Below, piece by piece: positions 10,336 through 21,178 of a stretch of DNA of 64,000 nt (position 1 is its first letter; the number at the start of each line of letters is the position of its first letter). Origin of the DNA: a virus; IMG/VR virus record IMGVR_UViG_3300035698_011202, positions 8,232 to 72,231 of that record. The stretch is one strand, 5' to 3'. The notes beneath the pieces were generated by a model. That model searched no databases and was not told the origin of the DNA. It worked only from the letters and a program-made list of their open reading frames with translations. Made by a program: the position numbers and the translations under genes.

Positions 10336-13300
10336 TAGAGCGTTCCCATATTAATTCGTTTAACTAGTTGCTTGGTTACGCCGCCTCGCGTGAGGTTATC
10401 AGCAATGATATGTACCACGTCATTCGCTCCCAGACTGGATGGCATCTGCTCAGGGCTGACCACGTAGACATTGACTTCTTTGCTACCACTGTCTTTTTGT
10501 TGAGCCATCGGATTGCCGCCTAGCTTCTCGGCCTGACGGTCAATTAGATTGGGATCAGCTGAGTTGAGAGCTTTCACCGTATCGATACCTAATGACTGCA
10601 CCGCTTTTCTACGAAGCACAAACTCGCCCTTGGCTACTTTGGCAAAAGTGGAATCACGGGTAGACATACCACGCGTTATCTCACCGCCACCCGCGTAGCT
10701 TCCTGCGAACTGTTCGCCTCCGTTCCAAGCATTCATCCCCCCATTCATATTAGTTGAGGGGTTTCCAGCCATAGTTGTTCCTGTGGGGCTAAACATACCC
10801 CCAAAGCCTGCGCCCGCCACCATTTGCAAGATACCTTTTAGCAACGCGTTAGCCGCAATCTCAGACGCTATATCCAACATGCTTTCTAAGATACTGATAG
10901 TAAACGCTTTAAAAGCCTCGCTACCTGAAAGAGTGCCGTTTGCAAACGCTGTAAAAGCCTGCGCAAAATTGGAGGCTAAATCCTGAGCAACATCATTCAA
11001 GCCTTTCATGGCTTCTGTCAACGGGTCAAAGTTATCTAGGCTTTGCATCAACAAGTCGTTGATACCTCTAAAGCCTCCGGCGACATTTTCAAGTATGCCC
11101 TCGGGAGTATCCTGCCCATTTTTAGGTACGTAAGTAGTATCGGTTGTTTCATCACCTAGTGGATTAAACCCTTCACCTGTCATAGCAGCAAACAACCTAC
11201 GGCGTACATCATCATCAAACTGATTAGCTTTTAAATCACGTACTATTGTGCCTAGCTCGTCGGATGTCTTCTTATTGTCAAGGTTAGTGTCTGACTGATT
11301 TTTATTATCATCGGCTAAATCTTTTTGGGCTTGGGCTTGCTTGACTATTTGCTCTTTAATAGTTTTGTTCAAGCCACTTCCATCAATACCACTATCAACG
11401 GCTAAGTCAGGATTACTGGCAACAAGAGATTCAAGGTATTCGATTAAAACTTTCCTAGCCCTAATTGCCTCAGTGGTTAAGTCTATTTCAGCTTTTGCTC
11501 TTTCTTCTCTTTTATCAATTAACTGCTGAGTGACTAGCTGTTGCTCTTCAAGAGAAGCCTCTTTAAATTGATTAGTGTACTTATCCCCACCTGTGGTGAT
11601 TTTTTGTAGTTCACTTATCCGAGCTTCAAAAACCTCTTCAGTTTGTTTCAAGGCAATAACCTCAGCCTTCGCCAACTCTGAAGCTTTTTCTATCTTAGAT
11701 TCTTGAGCCTCGGTAAAAGACTTTATAAGCCTAAGCCCATCTGTCTCTTCGTAGTCACGGTCTTTTGTATCCAGATTTGTGTTTTTACCGTCCAAGGATT
11801 TAGCAAACTTTTGAGTGAACAAGTTCTTGTCTATAATTAACTGGGTTTCAGCTTTTGAGCTTATTGCTTCTTGTTGCGTCAAACGAGTAGCAACACCTTT
11901 GCTTTGTGGGCCTTGGTCGTTAAGACGCCCAGCAAAATCTTCCTTTTCCCTAGCAATTGCGCTTATTTTAGCCTGTAGCAATTCCTTTTCATCTGCCAAC
12001 ACGTTTAATCGTTCAGCTGACGCAGAGGTTGATAGTTCTTTATTGATCGTGCCCATCTGAGCATCAAGAATAGCACCTCGGTTTTTGAAATCTAAGTCCT
12101 TAGCAAACTTGGCTTCTGTAGCGATATTCTTAAAACCCACCGATAAAGAAAGAATAATTGCATTAACTACTTCATTGAATCCTGTGCTCACAAAGGCTTC
12201 CTGAAGCTCTTGTGGCGATAAGCCATTGCCTGTTGCGGTTGATTCAATGATTTTATTATTGTCGTTGTTTTTAGGGTCAAGACCACTTTGTATTAAGACT
12301 TCTCTTACCTGATTGCTAGTCAGCTCAGGGTTACTGAGAAGATTTTGTATTTGTAGTGGGTCTACATTTTGAGCCTCTAAAACTTTACGCAACTCGTCAC
12401 CTGTCAGTGGTCTATCCCGCAAGGTAGTTTTAAAGTTATTCGTTAGCCTGTCTAACTCCGCTAATACCGTAGTCTCATTTTCTCCCATTGACGTGTAAGC
12501 TTTTAAATCGTCACGCTCATCTAGTTTTAGTACGTTTTGATAGACAGAAGAAATGTTTGACGTAAAGGCTTTTGTCGCTTGCTCTAATTGCAACATGCCC
12601 CCTGTCACCGCATCATCACCTAACGTTGTTAGCTCACGACGATTAATAACGTTGGCTTCTGAGTTAGTTAAATTATTTTCGAACCCTGTCTGAGATGTAG
12701 AGATGGCGAAAATAATACTCTGTAAAGCATCCGTAAAATCTTTACCGTACTTTTTAAACACATCTCCGTTTAAGCCTGTTTCAGTTGCATATTGTTGTAC
12801 ATTGCCTTCACGAATAAATACATCTCTTAGATTACCTTCTACGCTGAGTATTTTATCTAAAATACTCTTACCTTCAGCTACCTTGTCTTTATCAACGTTA
12901 CCGTCTTTGTCCGTAAAAGCTAACTGGTTGTATTGTTGAGTCAAGCCTGTGACAATTTTAGAGGTATCTCGCAACGAGGTTGTAAAGTCGCCAAGTTCAA
13001 TTCTACCGCTGCCGACTGGTCCTCTCTCGCTACGATCCCTTTCTCCCGTATTACCCGTGAGTTTGCGCGAAGCTTTCTCAAAAATAGCCACTGCACTGTT
13101 TTCACCTTTCAGTGGTAGCTGTTCCTGAATAATAGCGTTTGAAGTTCTAGCTGATGCTTTGCCGCCATCAACAAGGGCGAGGTCTAGGCTCGCGTTTTCC
13201 TCATCCTTAAAAGTTTTAACTGCGTCAAATAACCCTTTATAATCCTTTACCGAATCGGGGATATATAAACCCAACGCTTTAAACTCAGAGTTAACGCGCT

Positions 13301-16300
13301 TAATAGTTGAGGCCAACATGTCCGTGTCTTTACTTAACTTTACTTCGTTGGTAGCAATATTTTGCAGCGTTTTATTCAAAGCTTTTATGCTGTCTCGACT
13401 GGCTATCTGCCTAGATTTAGCATCGTTTTCTTCAGCCGTGGCCTTGTCTACTACATCCTTTAGTTTTGCATCGTCATTAAAGCTATCTGCCAAGTACGCA
13501 ATGCCTCCGAGTAAACCACCTATGGCAGCGAGCACCAGCGTTACTTTTCCTGCTAAAAATCTTAGCGCAACAGTTAGTGCTGACGTGCCCATAGCCGCTC
13601 TTCTGGCTGTGTTTAAGCTTGAGCGCGTGTTGTCCCTTTGTAATCGATTACTGTTCAAAGGACGTCTATCACCATCCCCTGAAACAGTTGAGCCAATCCC
13701 TAAGATAGCCGCAATAGCTCTGCCACCTGCAGCCAAGCCTATAGCAAGTTTTCCGAATGACACCACAAGGGCACCAATAGCAGCGCCCCCCGCAATAGAG
13801 CCAATAACCGATAACGCACCACCTACATCTTTTAAGCCGCTCAACATATCCGCAAGCGTAGAAACAAGAGCTGTTCCAGACTTCAAAAGCGGGTCGAACG
13901 CTTCCGAGGTGACCGAGAAAAACGTAGAGCCTAATCGCGCAAACTGGTTCGCAAATGATTCCATCTGAATAGCGTTAGCTCTTGCCGCTGCACCACCAAT
14001 CTCCATCTTCTCAGCCAGCTCATCAGCCACATCGATGTTGTTAGCAAACGCACCAAACGCCGCTGCCGCTCGAACTTGCATCGTTCGCATAGCATCGGTA
14101 ACAGTAAATCCACTTTGAGAAAGCTTTTTAAGAACAGGAATTAAACCATTAGTCGATATGTCTAAGTCACTCATACTTAAACCAAGTAACTGTGTAGTCC
14201 TTACAAACTCTTCTGAGGGCTTTTGTAAGGCGATCAATATCTGACGTAAGCCTGTGCCTAGCGTTGAGCCTGAACGTATGCCTGAGTTAGCCATGGCTCC
14301 TAGAGCTGCAACTGTTTCTTCAAAGCTGACGTTAGACTGAGCTGCGATGTTACCTGCATACTGTAGACCCAACGCAAGCTTGTTTAAGTTTAGTTTTGAT
14401 GAGTTAACCGCCGTCGTTAACTTGTCAGCAATGTTACCCATGTCTCTTGCATCACGGTTAAATATGCCCATTGTTGACGTAGCTAAGTCTACCGCTTCAC
14501 TTAGATTTGCACCTACCGCTGTAGCAAACAGCGTAATACCTTCTATCGAGTCTGCTATCTGGTCTTTACCAAATCCTGCTTGTCCAAGTACGACCGCTGC
14601 TTGTGTGACTTCTAGCGCCGTGAACTTAGTTTTTTCTGATACCGCAACTAACGTTTTACTTAGCCCTTGCATCTCAGTATTGGTCAAAGCCACAATAGAT
14701 TGTAGCTGTTTCATCTCCTTTTCGAGCTGAACCATGAACTGACCAGATTGAGTAATAAGACTAATGCCTGTTCCCATAACTGCATAGTTTCTAAGCAACT
14801 GAGCTTGCTGCTTAAACATACCCGCGCCATTGTCCATTCGGCGTCTTTCGTCAGCCGCTAGAAGCGATCGGGCTGAACTAGTCTGAGCGCGACCTATTTC
14901 TGTTTGAGCAGGGCGGTAGTTTTGCTTAATCTTGATTTGCTCTAAGCGTCGCTCAATCCGTTTTAGCTCAGCGGTGGCTTGGTCAAAAACTACCGATGTA
15001 GCTGATGAACTTTTAATTAACCCTTTGACGACATTAGCGTAGTCACCTGCGGATTTTTTTAATTCGTTGAGTTCAGATGAACTTAAACCAACTAGTGATT
15101 TATTCAGTCCCTCTTTACCGGCCCGAGCGAAACGGTCACCGGCTAGGCGATTCTCGGTTTCTCTTAAAAGGGTGGTGTTGTTGTCACGCTGCAACTTTAA
15201 ATCATTCTTAAATTGGGTGCTGTTTGACGCATCAATCTGAGCTTTGTTTTTTTGCTGCTGAGTTTCTACTCGCTTGTCGCTTTGACGAATACTGGCAAGT
15301 TGTGTATCTATTTGTTTGCGTAAGTCAGAGCCTTCTGGCGCATTCTTTACTTGCTGGTTAACCGTTCTCGCAAACTCTTTTAGGTTGTTTCGTATTTGAG
15401 TCAGCTCACCCTTGCTTTTCATGTTTATGCTTTGGTCACCTAGACCACGCGCAAACCTAGCACCTTCCGATACGCGAGAGTCAGCCTTTGACCTTGCAGA
15501 GACTTCTTGTTTAAGATCAGACGAGTTCGCTCTTGATAACTTACGTTTGGCTTTTTCTGGTTCACTGTTATAAAAGACTTTAGCGGCGGCGTTACTTTCT
15601 CGCTGCGTCACAATGCCTTCTTTTAATGCGCTTATCTGTTGCTTGCGTAAATCTATCTGGCTACGCAGCTGCGTTCCTTCAGGAGCATTTTTTACTTGCG
15701 CGTTAACCACTTTCTCATACGCGCTCACATCTCTTGAAAGCCTTCTTAGCTCAGCAGGAGATTTGGCCCCAAGGTCTAATCTAGCCGCACCCCTAACAAC
15801 TCTTTTCTTACCTTCGCGGGCATTAATATCAGCCGCCAATCTAACCGCGCTAGTTTTGGTAATACTCGTGCTGTTAGCGGCTCTAACCTTCTCGTCCTGC
15901 TTTCGCTTGGCCTTCGCTTCAGGACTATTGAAAACCCGCTTTTGCTCAGCGATAAACGCTTTGCGAGAGCCTGTTTCTTTATCTAAGGCCGCAAGTTGGT
16001 TCTCAAATAAACCTTTAAGACGGGCAGAAGACTTGGCAAAAGCCGTGTCCCCCGTATTGTTAGCTGCGTTGTTAGCTTTGGTGGCACCCTTTAAATAAAC
16101 AGCCGTAGCCTGACGTTGCGCTTTTAGGTCCGACGCAGACATGGCACTCGTTCGTGCGTCTGAGAACTTAGATTCTTTTTTTGCAAGGTTAGGGTTTCGT
16201 CTAATTTCTTCGTTTAGAAATGAACGAGTACTTTGAGAAATAGCTCTTTTTATAGCCGGAGAAGAAACCATCTTCCCTGTAATTTCACTCACCCCTTTAG

Positions 16301-16694
16301 TCAGACTATCCGTGTACCGTTTTACTAAAGCAGGGTCATTTAACTTGCTGGCTAAATTGCCTAAGTTTCCTATAATCCCTTGGGCTTCAGATTGCAGCGT
16401 AGCTACGCCGCCCCGAGAAATCGCCAATGCTCTGTTTAAAGGCGCAAGCTCTGCAGCATTCAAAGCATCAATAGGTTTTCGACTCTTAGCCGACATGCCG
16501 CTAGTCAGCTTTTCGTTAGCCTTAACGACATTATTTATGTCGGTCATAGATTGCTTGACAGTACCCATGCTTAGTTCAAGGGCTTTTTGTAGCTTCTCTA
16601 ATTTTTTAGTCGCTTCGTCAACGGCTTTTTGACCGCTTTTATCAAATTTTACTTTTAATACGGTAGTACGGATAGAACTGCTGTTATCACTCAT
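10335..16694 (-). CDS. Tail tape measure protein
   Basis: ~2119 aa, helical and A/K/L-rich, with a TP901-like core (TKFTALEV...GIRSGSTLGTGLR). Confidence 0.92.
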   Translation of the reverse strand: MSDNSSSIRTTVLKVKFDKSGQKAVDEATKKLEKLQKALELSMGTVKQSMTDINNVVKANEKLTSGMSAKSRKPIDALNAAELAPLNRALAISRGGVATLQSEAQGIIGNLGNLASKLNDPALVKRYTDSLTKGVSEITGKMVSSPAIKRAISQSTRSFLNEEIRRNPNLAKKESKFSDARTSAMSASDLKAQRQATAVYLKGATKANNAANNTGDTAFAKSSARLKGLFENQLAALDKETGSRKAFIAEQKRVFNSPEAKAKRKQDEKVRAANSTSITKTSAVRLAADINAREGKKRVVRGAARLDLGAKSPAELRRLSRDVSAYEKVVNAQVKNAPEGTQLRSQIDLRKQQISALKEGIVTQRESNAAAKVFYNSEPEKAKRKLSRANSSDLKQEVSARSKADSRVSEGARFARGLGDQSINMKSKGELTQIRNNLKEFARTVNQQVKNAPEGSDLRKQIDTQLASIRQSDKRVETQQQKNKAQIDASNSTQFKNDLKLQRDNNTTLLRETENRLAGDRFARAGKEGLNKSLVGLSSSELNELKKSAGDYANVVKGLIKSSSATSVVFDQATAELKRIERRLEQIKIKQNYRPAQTEIGRAQTSSARSLLAADERRRMDNGAGMFKQQAQLLRNYAVMGTGISLITQSGQFMVQLEKEMKQLQSIVALTNTEMQGLSKTLVAVSEKTKFTALEVTQAAVVLGQAGFGKDQIADSIEGITLFATAVGANLSEAVDLATSTMGIFNRDARDMGNIADKLTTAVNSSKLNLNKLALGLQYAGNIAAQSNVSFEETVAALGAMANSGIRSGSTLGTGLRQILIALQKPSEEFVRTTQLLGLSMSDLDISTNGLIPVLKKLSQSGFTVTDAMRTMQVRAAAAFGAFANNIDVADELAEKMEIGGAAARANAIQMESFANQFARLGSTFFSVTSEAFDPLLKSGTALVSTLADMLSGLKDVGGALSVIGSIAGGAAIGALVVSFGKLAIGLAAGGRAIAAILGIGSTVSGDGDRRPLNSNRLQRDNTRSSLNTARRAAMGTSALTVALRFLAGKVTLVLAAIGGLLGGIAYLADSFNDDAKLKDVVDKATAEENDAKSRQIASRDSIKALNKTLQNIATNEVKLSKDTDMLASTIKRVNSEFKALGLYIPDSVKDYKGLFDAVKTFKDEENASLDLALVDGGKASARTSNAIIQEQLPLKGENSAVAIFEKASRKLTGNTGERDRSERGPVGSGRIELGDFTTSLRDTSKIVTGLTQQYNQLAFTDKDGNVDKDKVAEGKSILDKILSVEGNLRDVFIREGNVQQYATETGLNGDVFKKYGKDFTDALQSIIFAISTSQTGFENNLTNSEANVINRRELTTLGDDAVTGGMLQLEQATKAFTSNISSVYQNVLKLDERDDLKAYTSMGENETTVLAELDRLTNNFKTTLRDRPLTGDELRKVLEAQNVDPLQIQNLLSNPELTSNQVREVLIQSGLDPKNNDNNKIIESTATGNGLSPQELQEAFVSTGFNEVVNAIILSLSVGFKNIATEAKFAKDLDFKNRGAILDAQMGTINKELSTSASAERLNVLADEKELLQAKISAIAREKEDFAGRLNDQGPQSKGVATRLTQQEAISSKAETQLIIDKNLFTQKFAKSLDGKNTNLDTKDRDYEETDGLRLIKSFTEAQESKIEKASELAKAEVIALKQTEEVFEARISELQKITTGGDKYTNQFKEASLEEQQLVTQQLIDKREERAKAEIDLTTEAIRARKVLIEYLESLVASNPDLAVDSGIDGSGLNKTIKEQIVKQAQAQKDLADDNKNQSDTNLDNKKTSDELGTIVRDLKANQFDDDVRRRLFAAMTGEGFNPLGDETTDTTYVPKNGQDTPEGILENVAGGFRGINDLLMQSLDNFDPLTEAMKGLNDVAQDLASNFAQAFTAFANGTLSGSEAFKAFTISILESMLDIASEIAANALLKGILQMVAGAGFGGMFSPTGTTMAGNPSTNMNGGMNAWNGGEQFAGSYAGGGEITRGMSTRDSTFAKVAKGEFVLRRKAVQSLGIDTVKALNSADPNLIDRQAEKLGGNPMAQQKDSGSKEVNVYVVSPEQMPSSLGANDVVHIIADNLTRGGVTKQLVKRINMGTL

Positions 16695-16710
16695 CGTCAA
16701 TCTCCAAATT

Positions 16711-17109
16711 TTACGACAAGCCGCGTATCATGGCTTGCGCTTGTGCAATATTCTGAGGTTCATCTTGCTTTCGGACAGTTACAGGCTTTTCACTCTCACC
16801 ACCCATTATGGCAACAGCTACTTTCATAAGGGACTCTTGAAACTGTCCGAACTTAACGGTCTGTAAGCCTACAACAAGCTTTATCTTTAATTGTATATCA
16901 GAATATGCCAGCGACCAGAAGACAGCCTCTAGTTGACTCGGGACAGAATCAAACACAAAACACATTTGGTCTTCAAATTCTAAGCCCGAATACCAGACGT
17001 TGAAGGTTTCTAAATACTTTTCTTGATTGCCTCTGTCCTTTTTATCGAGCTTGCTATCGACTTCTCCCAAGCTCGTAAAAAAAAATACGATATATGGCTC
17101 TCTACCCAA
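16711..17109 (-). CDS. Tail assembly chaperone, gpT-like part (probably reached by -1 frameshift)
   Basis: Overlaps the gpG-like ORF in the -1 frame across a T9 run at 17077-17085. Confidence 0.7.
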   Translation of the reverse strand: MGREPYIVFFFTSLGEVDSKLDKKDRGNQEKYLETFNVWYSGLEFEDQMCFVFDSVPSQLEAVFWSLAYSDIQLKIKLVVGLQTVKFGQFQESLMKVAVAIMGGESEKPVTVRKQDEPQNIAQAQAMIRGLS

Positions 17110-17372
17110 TCAAGAAAGTCGATCAAATGGTCCGTGTCTATTTCTAATTCATTAATAGCAAACTCTTCGGTTATTTTTCCATATTGGTCACGCTTAGATA
17201 GACACAATAAAAGTATGTCTAGTCGAACGGTAGCGTTGGTAAAGGTTTCTGAAATTTGTTGTGGGTTTTCGAATATGGCACTTAATGTGTTGAGCAATCC
17301 AAAAGACATAAACAGTTCTTTTTGTGTATCACCACAGGTCAAAGTAAAGCGAGGGGCTAGTTTATCAGTCAT
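17010..17372 (-). CDS. Tail assembly chaperone (gpG-like)
   Basis: Lies between the tail tube and tape measure genes, with a slippery run near its 3' end. Confidence 0.75.
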   Translation of the reverse strand: MTDKLAPRFTLTCGDTQKELFMSFGLLNTLSAIFENPQQISETFTNATVRLDILLLCLSKRDQYGKITEEFAINELEIDTDHLIDFLDWVESHISYFFLRAWEKSIASSIKRTEAIKKSI

Positions 17373-17394
17373 CGTCAATCCAAATTATAAGTAT

Positions 17395-17420
17395 AAAAAA
17401 AGGCTCCAAAAGGAGCCTTT
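17395..17420 (-). terminator. Intrinsic terminator after the major tail gene
   Basis: AAAGGCTCC-TTTT-GGAGCC followed by T7 on the minus strand. Confidence 0.75.
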
Positions 17421-17440
17421 ATACTATCAGGTATAGGTTG

Positions 17441-18274
17441 TTACACAATAGGTGCAGTAACCGTGTCAGTTAGTAACTCAGCTACTTTGTTCTTGAACTG
17501 AGCATAGAACGGGTCACCGCTAATAGGCTTCATAGGCATAAATTCGAACGGGACGTTACCGAAGTTATCAGTTGTAAACGACATAGTTAATCCTGAACTC
17601 ACACGAATTTTAGGAATTAACAATACGATGAACTGTCCATCAGCCAACTGACCCTGCACTTTAGCAGAGTAATAACGGTCAGTATCGGTAGAACCAATAT
17701 CTAATACGTTAACCAGTGACACGCGAGTACCTGCAGCAAAGCTACTTACTGAAACAACATCTGGCATAGAAACCGTCATGGTTGCGCTTGTAGAAGTGTT
17801 GCCAGAAATACCAGAAACAGCCGTAGCTGTACCCGCAACAATCTTATCCGTAGAAGGGTCACGCAATAATACGCGGCTACCAAGGGTAATGTTCTGAATG
17901 TCAGCGGCATCTTCAAACGAAAGGTCTACTGAGCCAGCTGAGAATGATGCTGTCCCTGAAGTTTCCAACGCTTTTTGAGGGGCTGAAATTAAGCCTGAGC
18001 CTTCTAATCCTAACGCATACGCTAAGTTCTGAGTAGTATACTCGTACATTTCAAAAGAACCCCGAGTCGTTTGACCCGTAGTTAATGAAACGATAATGTC
18101 GTTGGTACGACCTTGTGTTAGCTCGGTTTGGTCTTTAGTTGCTTCAATACTGAAGTTTTTTACCAAGCCTACGCCATGCTGCACAGGGTTTAAATTATAC
18201 ACGTCTTCTGGGTTGCCGATCATTACTTCGGCAGTACCCAACATGAATTTCTGTGATTTAGCATTTCCGCTCAT
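17441..18274 (-). CDS. Major tail tube protein
   Basis: 277 aa upstream of the chaperones and followed by a terminator. VGLVKNFSIE and DNFGNVPFEF segments. Confidence 0.8.
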   Translation of the reverse strand: MSGNAKSQKFMLGTAEVMIGNPEDVYNLNPVQHGVGLVKNFSIEATKDQTELTQGRTNDIIVSLTTGQTTRGSFEMYEYTTQNLAYALGLEGSGLISAPQKALETSGTASFSAGSVDLSFEDAADIQNITLGSRVLLRDPSTDKIVAGTATAVSGISGNTSTSATMTVSMPDVVSVSSFAAGTRVSLVNVLDIGSTDTDRYYSAKVQGQLADGQFIVLLIPKIRVSSGLTMSFTTDNFGNVPFEFMPMKPISGDPFYAQFKNKVAELLTDTVTAPIV

Positions 18275-18339
18275 CGTCAATCTCCAAATTTTGATTTAGT
18301 TAGGTTATAATCAATACCTCAACAAAGGAGCGAAAGACG

Positions 18340-18651
18340 ATGAAACTAACACCGATACCCTTACAACTACCCTCGTATATAGTACACTTGGCGAAAACTG
18401 CACCTATTGATGAAACAGATACTGCTTCAAAAATTAGGATGCTAACTCGGCATTTTCTGAAAAACGATTTACCCGTTCCAGATATGTCCTCGTATAAAGA
18501 CTTGCACCAAGACAAATCTTTCACGTTAAGAATGTCGCAACCTGAGTTGGACACGCTTAATAAGTTCTGCCAAAAAAAGCTCTATAATCGGCAACAAGCC
18601 TTTCAAATAGCTATCGTGGCGAGTCTGCAACATTTATCAGACCTTTACTAG
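18340..18651 (+). CDS. Ribbon-helix-helix-like DNA-binding protein, antisense within the structural operon
   Basis: TATAAT at 18306-18311, AAGGAG RBS, KSFTLRMSQPELDTLNKFCQKK strand-helix pattern, and a second possible RHH at the N-terminus. Confidence 0.6.
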   Translation: MKLTPIPLQLPSYIVHLAKTAPIDETDTASKIRMLTRHFLKNDLPVPDMSSYKDLHQDKSFTLRMSQPELDTLNKFCQKKLYNRQQAFQIAIVASLQHLSDLY

Positions 18652-19085
18652 ACTACAGCACCGTTGAAGGTAATGCCCTGATAAACTCTAGCGGTATTAC
18701 CTCTGACAACAGCCGATATTTGAGTTATCCCATATATCTTCGCAAGGTGGGTTCTTAACCCATTAGTAGCATTATAAATAGCTATTTCCTGCTCAGGCTT
18801 TAGCTCTTTATAAATCGCATCAACGACAAAGCTCAACATCATATTGTTTGGGTCGTTCAAGGTAGAAATAGTAATGGTGGCGTTAAAGGTTTCTAACGCT
18901 TGCATATCTGAGCCTGATTGCATACTCAAGCCTTCAAGGCCAATCAAATTCACTTCTGGAAATTGTGACTCGTTAGCAAACGCATCAAAATTGTCAGCTT
19001 GAAAATTATACCCAGCCGTGGCGTTAAGAAGAATAGCTTTGTCGTTGCAATATTTAAGTAGTGAGGCTTGAATGTTCTGAAACAT
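18648..19085 (-). CDS. Putative tail terminator protein
   Basis: 145 aa, synteny before the tail tube gene. Confidence 0.55.
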   Translation of the reverse strand: MFQNIQASLLKYCNDKAILLNATAGYNFQADNFDAFANESQFPEVNLIGLEGLSMQSGSDMQALETFNATITISTLNDPNNMMLSFVVDAIYKELKPEQEIAIYNATNGLRTHLAKIYGITQISAVVRGNTARVYQGITFNGAVV

Positions 19086-19086
19086 A

Positions 19087-19992
19087 TTAGTTTATATACC
19101 TGTTTAGTGAAACGCCCTGAAAACCGGCTGAGCTGGTGACACCTTGTAAAAATGCGCGTTCTAATAACTGATGGTTAACCACGTACCTAGTACCGGCATC
19201 CCCTTTACCACCATTAGCTTTTAAGTAGTGAAAAAGAGCACCGTTGTTTATATCCATAGGCGACCCTGTATTCGCGTTTAATATTTTTTCTTGCTGTAAT
19301 TTTTCAGCAATAATATCGTCGTATAAATCTTTCTTGAGTCTTTTTAAGTCTGGGAGTGCAACGATAGTGGTCTTTGTGCCTGCGATGCCATCGAACATAG
19401 CTCTAAATACATGCTTGTTACCGAATGCCTTTATCTTGTCTTTACCAGAACTGGCACCGAAACTTTCCATTAACTTCTTAGCGTTTTTTCGCTCAACCAC
19501 TTTAAAAGCGTCTTCCCAACTAATGAAGGATTTCTTTTTTTGGTCATAAGGTGTGTTGTTCTTAGTTAGGCGAACACCTCGTCTAAATAACGATGCACCG
19601 CCGGTGCTTATATTTTTTTCTACACCACCGAACGCAGCTAGTAAGTCCTCTTCATCTTTATCAGCTAAATACTGTAAGGTTTGAGCGAGGTTATAACCAA
19701 GACCACTCCAAAGGTCTGAGGGGGGGTTTGTGCCTCCCGCTTTTTCTTGACGCCAACTCATCGTTAGAGGCGATGAACGATTGGCGATATTCAATCCAGC
19801 GCCACCTTTAAAGCTCACTGTTTTTCGAGCAGGGTTCATGTTTTCAACAAAATCAAACAAACTTCTGAAAAAGTTCTTTAGAAATTTCTCAGAACCTTTA
19901 GTTACCTTGGCGTTAGTAACTTCTATCTCAGTTTCAAGCATGTCTTCTAAGTGTCTCTCTAGGGCTTGTTTGAAATTGAGAACTAACGCCAC
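19087..19992 (-). CDS. Putative neck / tail completion protein
   Basis: 301 aa basic protein in the head-tail joining block. Synteny only. Confidence 0.45.
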   Translation of the reverse strand: MALVLNFKQALERHLEDMLETEIEVTNAKVTKGSEKFLKNFFRSLFDFVENMNPARKTVSFKGGAGLNIANRSSPLTMSWRQEKAGGTNPPSDLWSGLGYNLAQTLQYLADKDEEDLLAAFGGVEKNISTGGASLFRRGVRLTKNNTPYDQKKKSFISWEDAFKVVERKNAKKLMESFGASSGKDKIKAFGNKHVFRAMFDGIAGTKTTIVALPDLKRLKKDLYDDIIAEKLQQEKILNANTGSPMDINNGALFHYLKANGGKGDAGTRYVVNHQLLERAFLQGVTSSAGFQGVSLNRYIN

Positions 19993-20480
19993 TAGTTGAC
20001 CTCCACTCGATATAACCCTGAAATATTTCTAATAGTCTTAATGGTTTTGCCATTAATCTTATCATTTAGCCCTACGGATTCTGCCAGATAATAAATACTT
20101 CTCTCTACTACCAGTGAACGCTCATCTGTCAGATTTCCTAATTCGAATACACCCACTATCTGTCGAGTGCCAATGCTGACTTCTGCGGTCGCTAAACCCG
20201 TAACAGGGTGTATGCCTGTGCGCTTTGAATTAAGGGTGACTAAAGTGTTAATGTGCAAACCAAGATACACAGCATAACCTTCGGTCATATGATGGTCAGC
20301 TAGTAACAGTAAAGGCTTGTCGTTTGTAGATTTTAAAACACGGTTAAAATGTTTATTGTATTTCAGAGGTAGATACACCAACGAGCGCACTGGCATCATG
20401 GTGCTAATATTCTGGCTAGGTTTAGTAACCGCAGCTTGGACTTTTTTATAACCCATTCTATAAGATTTATAAGGTGTCAT
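19992..20480 (-). CDS. Putative head closure protein
   Basis: Synteny and an HPVTG motif. Confidence 0.45.
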   Translation of the reverse strand: MTPYKSYRMGYKKVQAAVTKPSQNISTMMPVRSLVYLPLKYNKHFNRVLKSTNDKPLLLLADHHMTEGYAVYLGLHINTLVTLNSKRTGIHPVTGLATAEVSIGTRQIVGVFELGNLTDERSLVVERSIYYLAESVGLNDKINGKTIKTIRNISGLYRVEVN

Positions 20481-21169
20481 TAGACCCCCGTGAACGGATC
20501 GGTTCGGGCTACTATCGTCAATAAAGGAATAATCGGTGAGGCTTGCTCAGGTACAAACTTAGTACGCAGCTCTCTAACCAATCCCTCGAATCGCTGACGT
20601 AGAGCTTCAAAATCAAAATTAGCTAAACGCGTTTTACGAATATCGTCTATTGAAAAGCTTTTTAATAATTTAAGTTCTAAAAATAACGTTTGTCGCAGGG
20701 CTTCTTCATACAAAATAAGTTCGTTAGCATCGGTAGGGTTGTATTGTTCAGCAAGAATATCGATACCTAAACTTTCGTTTATCGCATAATACCGGCTGTA
20801 TAAATCAACATCGCTATCAGGAAGCTCACTGGCACTGACACCTAGAGAAGCCCTGACGTTATCAGGAGTAACAAAGATGAAGGTGTGCTTCTCTAATCTG
20901 ATAAAGTCTCTGAAAACTCTACTACGGCCCTCAGATTGGAAGTTTAGTATTAGCGTAAACATCTTATTAGGCTCGTTGTCTAATAATGTCCCAAACTCAC
21001 TAGCTGGTATAACAATATGCGCGTCAAAAGCAGGAGAGTCATCATAAAATACCTCACCGTTTCGAGCTTTTAATCGGACACGGACTACGCCCGAATCAGG
21101 TGTGAACTGTTCGTCATTTATAACAAAATCACTAAATATTAAATCATCACCAGACTCAAGGCGTATCAT
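20480..21169 (-). CDS. Putative head-tail adaptor
   Basis: Synteny and a VTPDNVRASLGVSASELPD segment. Confidence 0.55.
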   Translation of the reverse strand: MIRLESGDDLIFSDFVINDEQFTPDSGVVRVRLKARNGEVFYDDSPAFDAHIVIPASEFGTLLDNEPNKMFTLILNFQSEGRSRVFRDFIRLEKHTFIFVTPDNVRASLGVSASELPDSDVDLYSRYYAINESLGIDILAEQYNPTDANELILYEEALRQTLFLELKLLKSFSIDDIRKTRLANFDFEALRQRFEGLVRELRTKFVPEQASPIIPLLTIVARTDPFTGV

Positions 21170-21178
21170 CGTAAATCC

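Noticed and set aside
10783-16632. Plus-strand ORFs opposite the tape measure gene, and similar shadow ORFs elsewhere
   Set aside because: They are antisense shadows of long genes, with no RBS or recognisable motifs.
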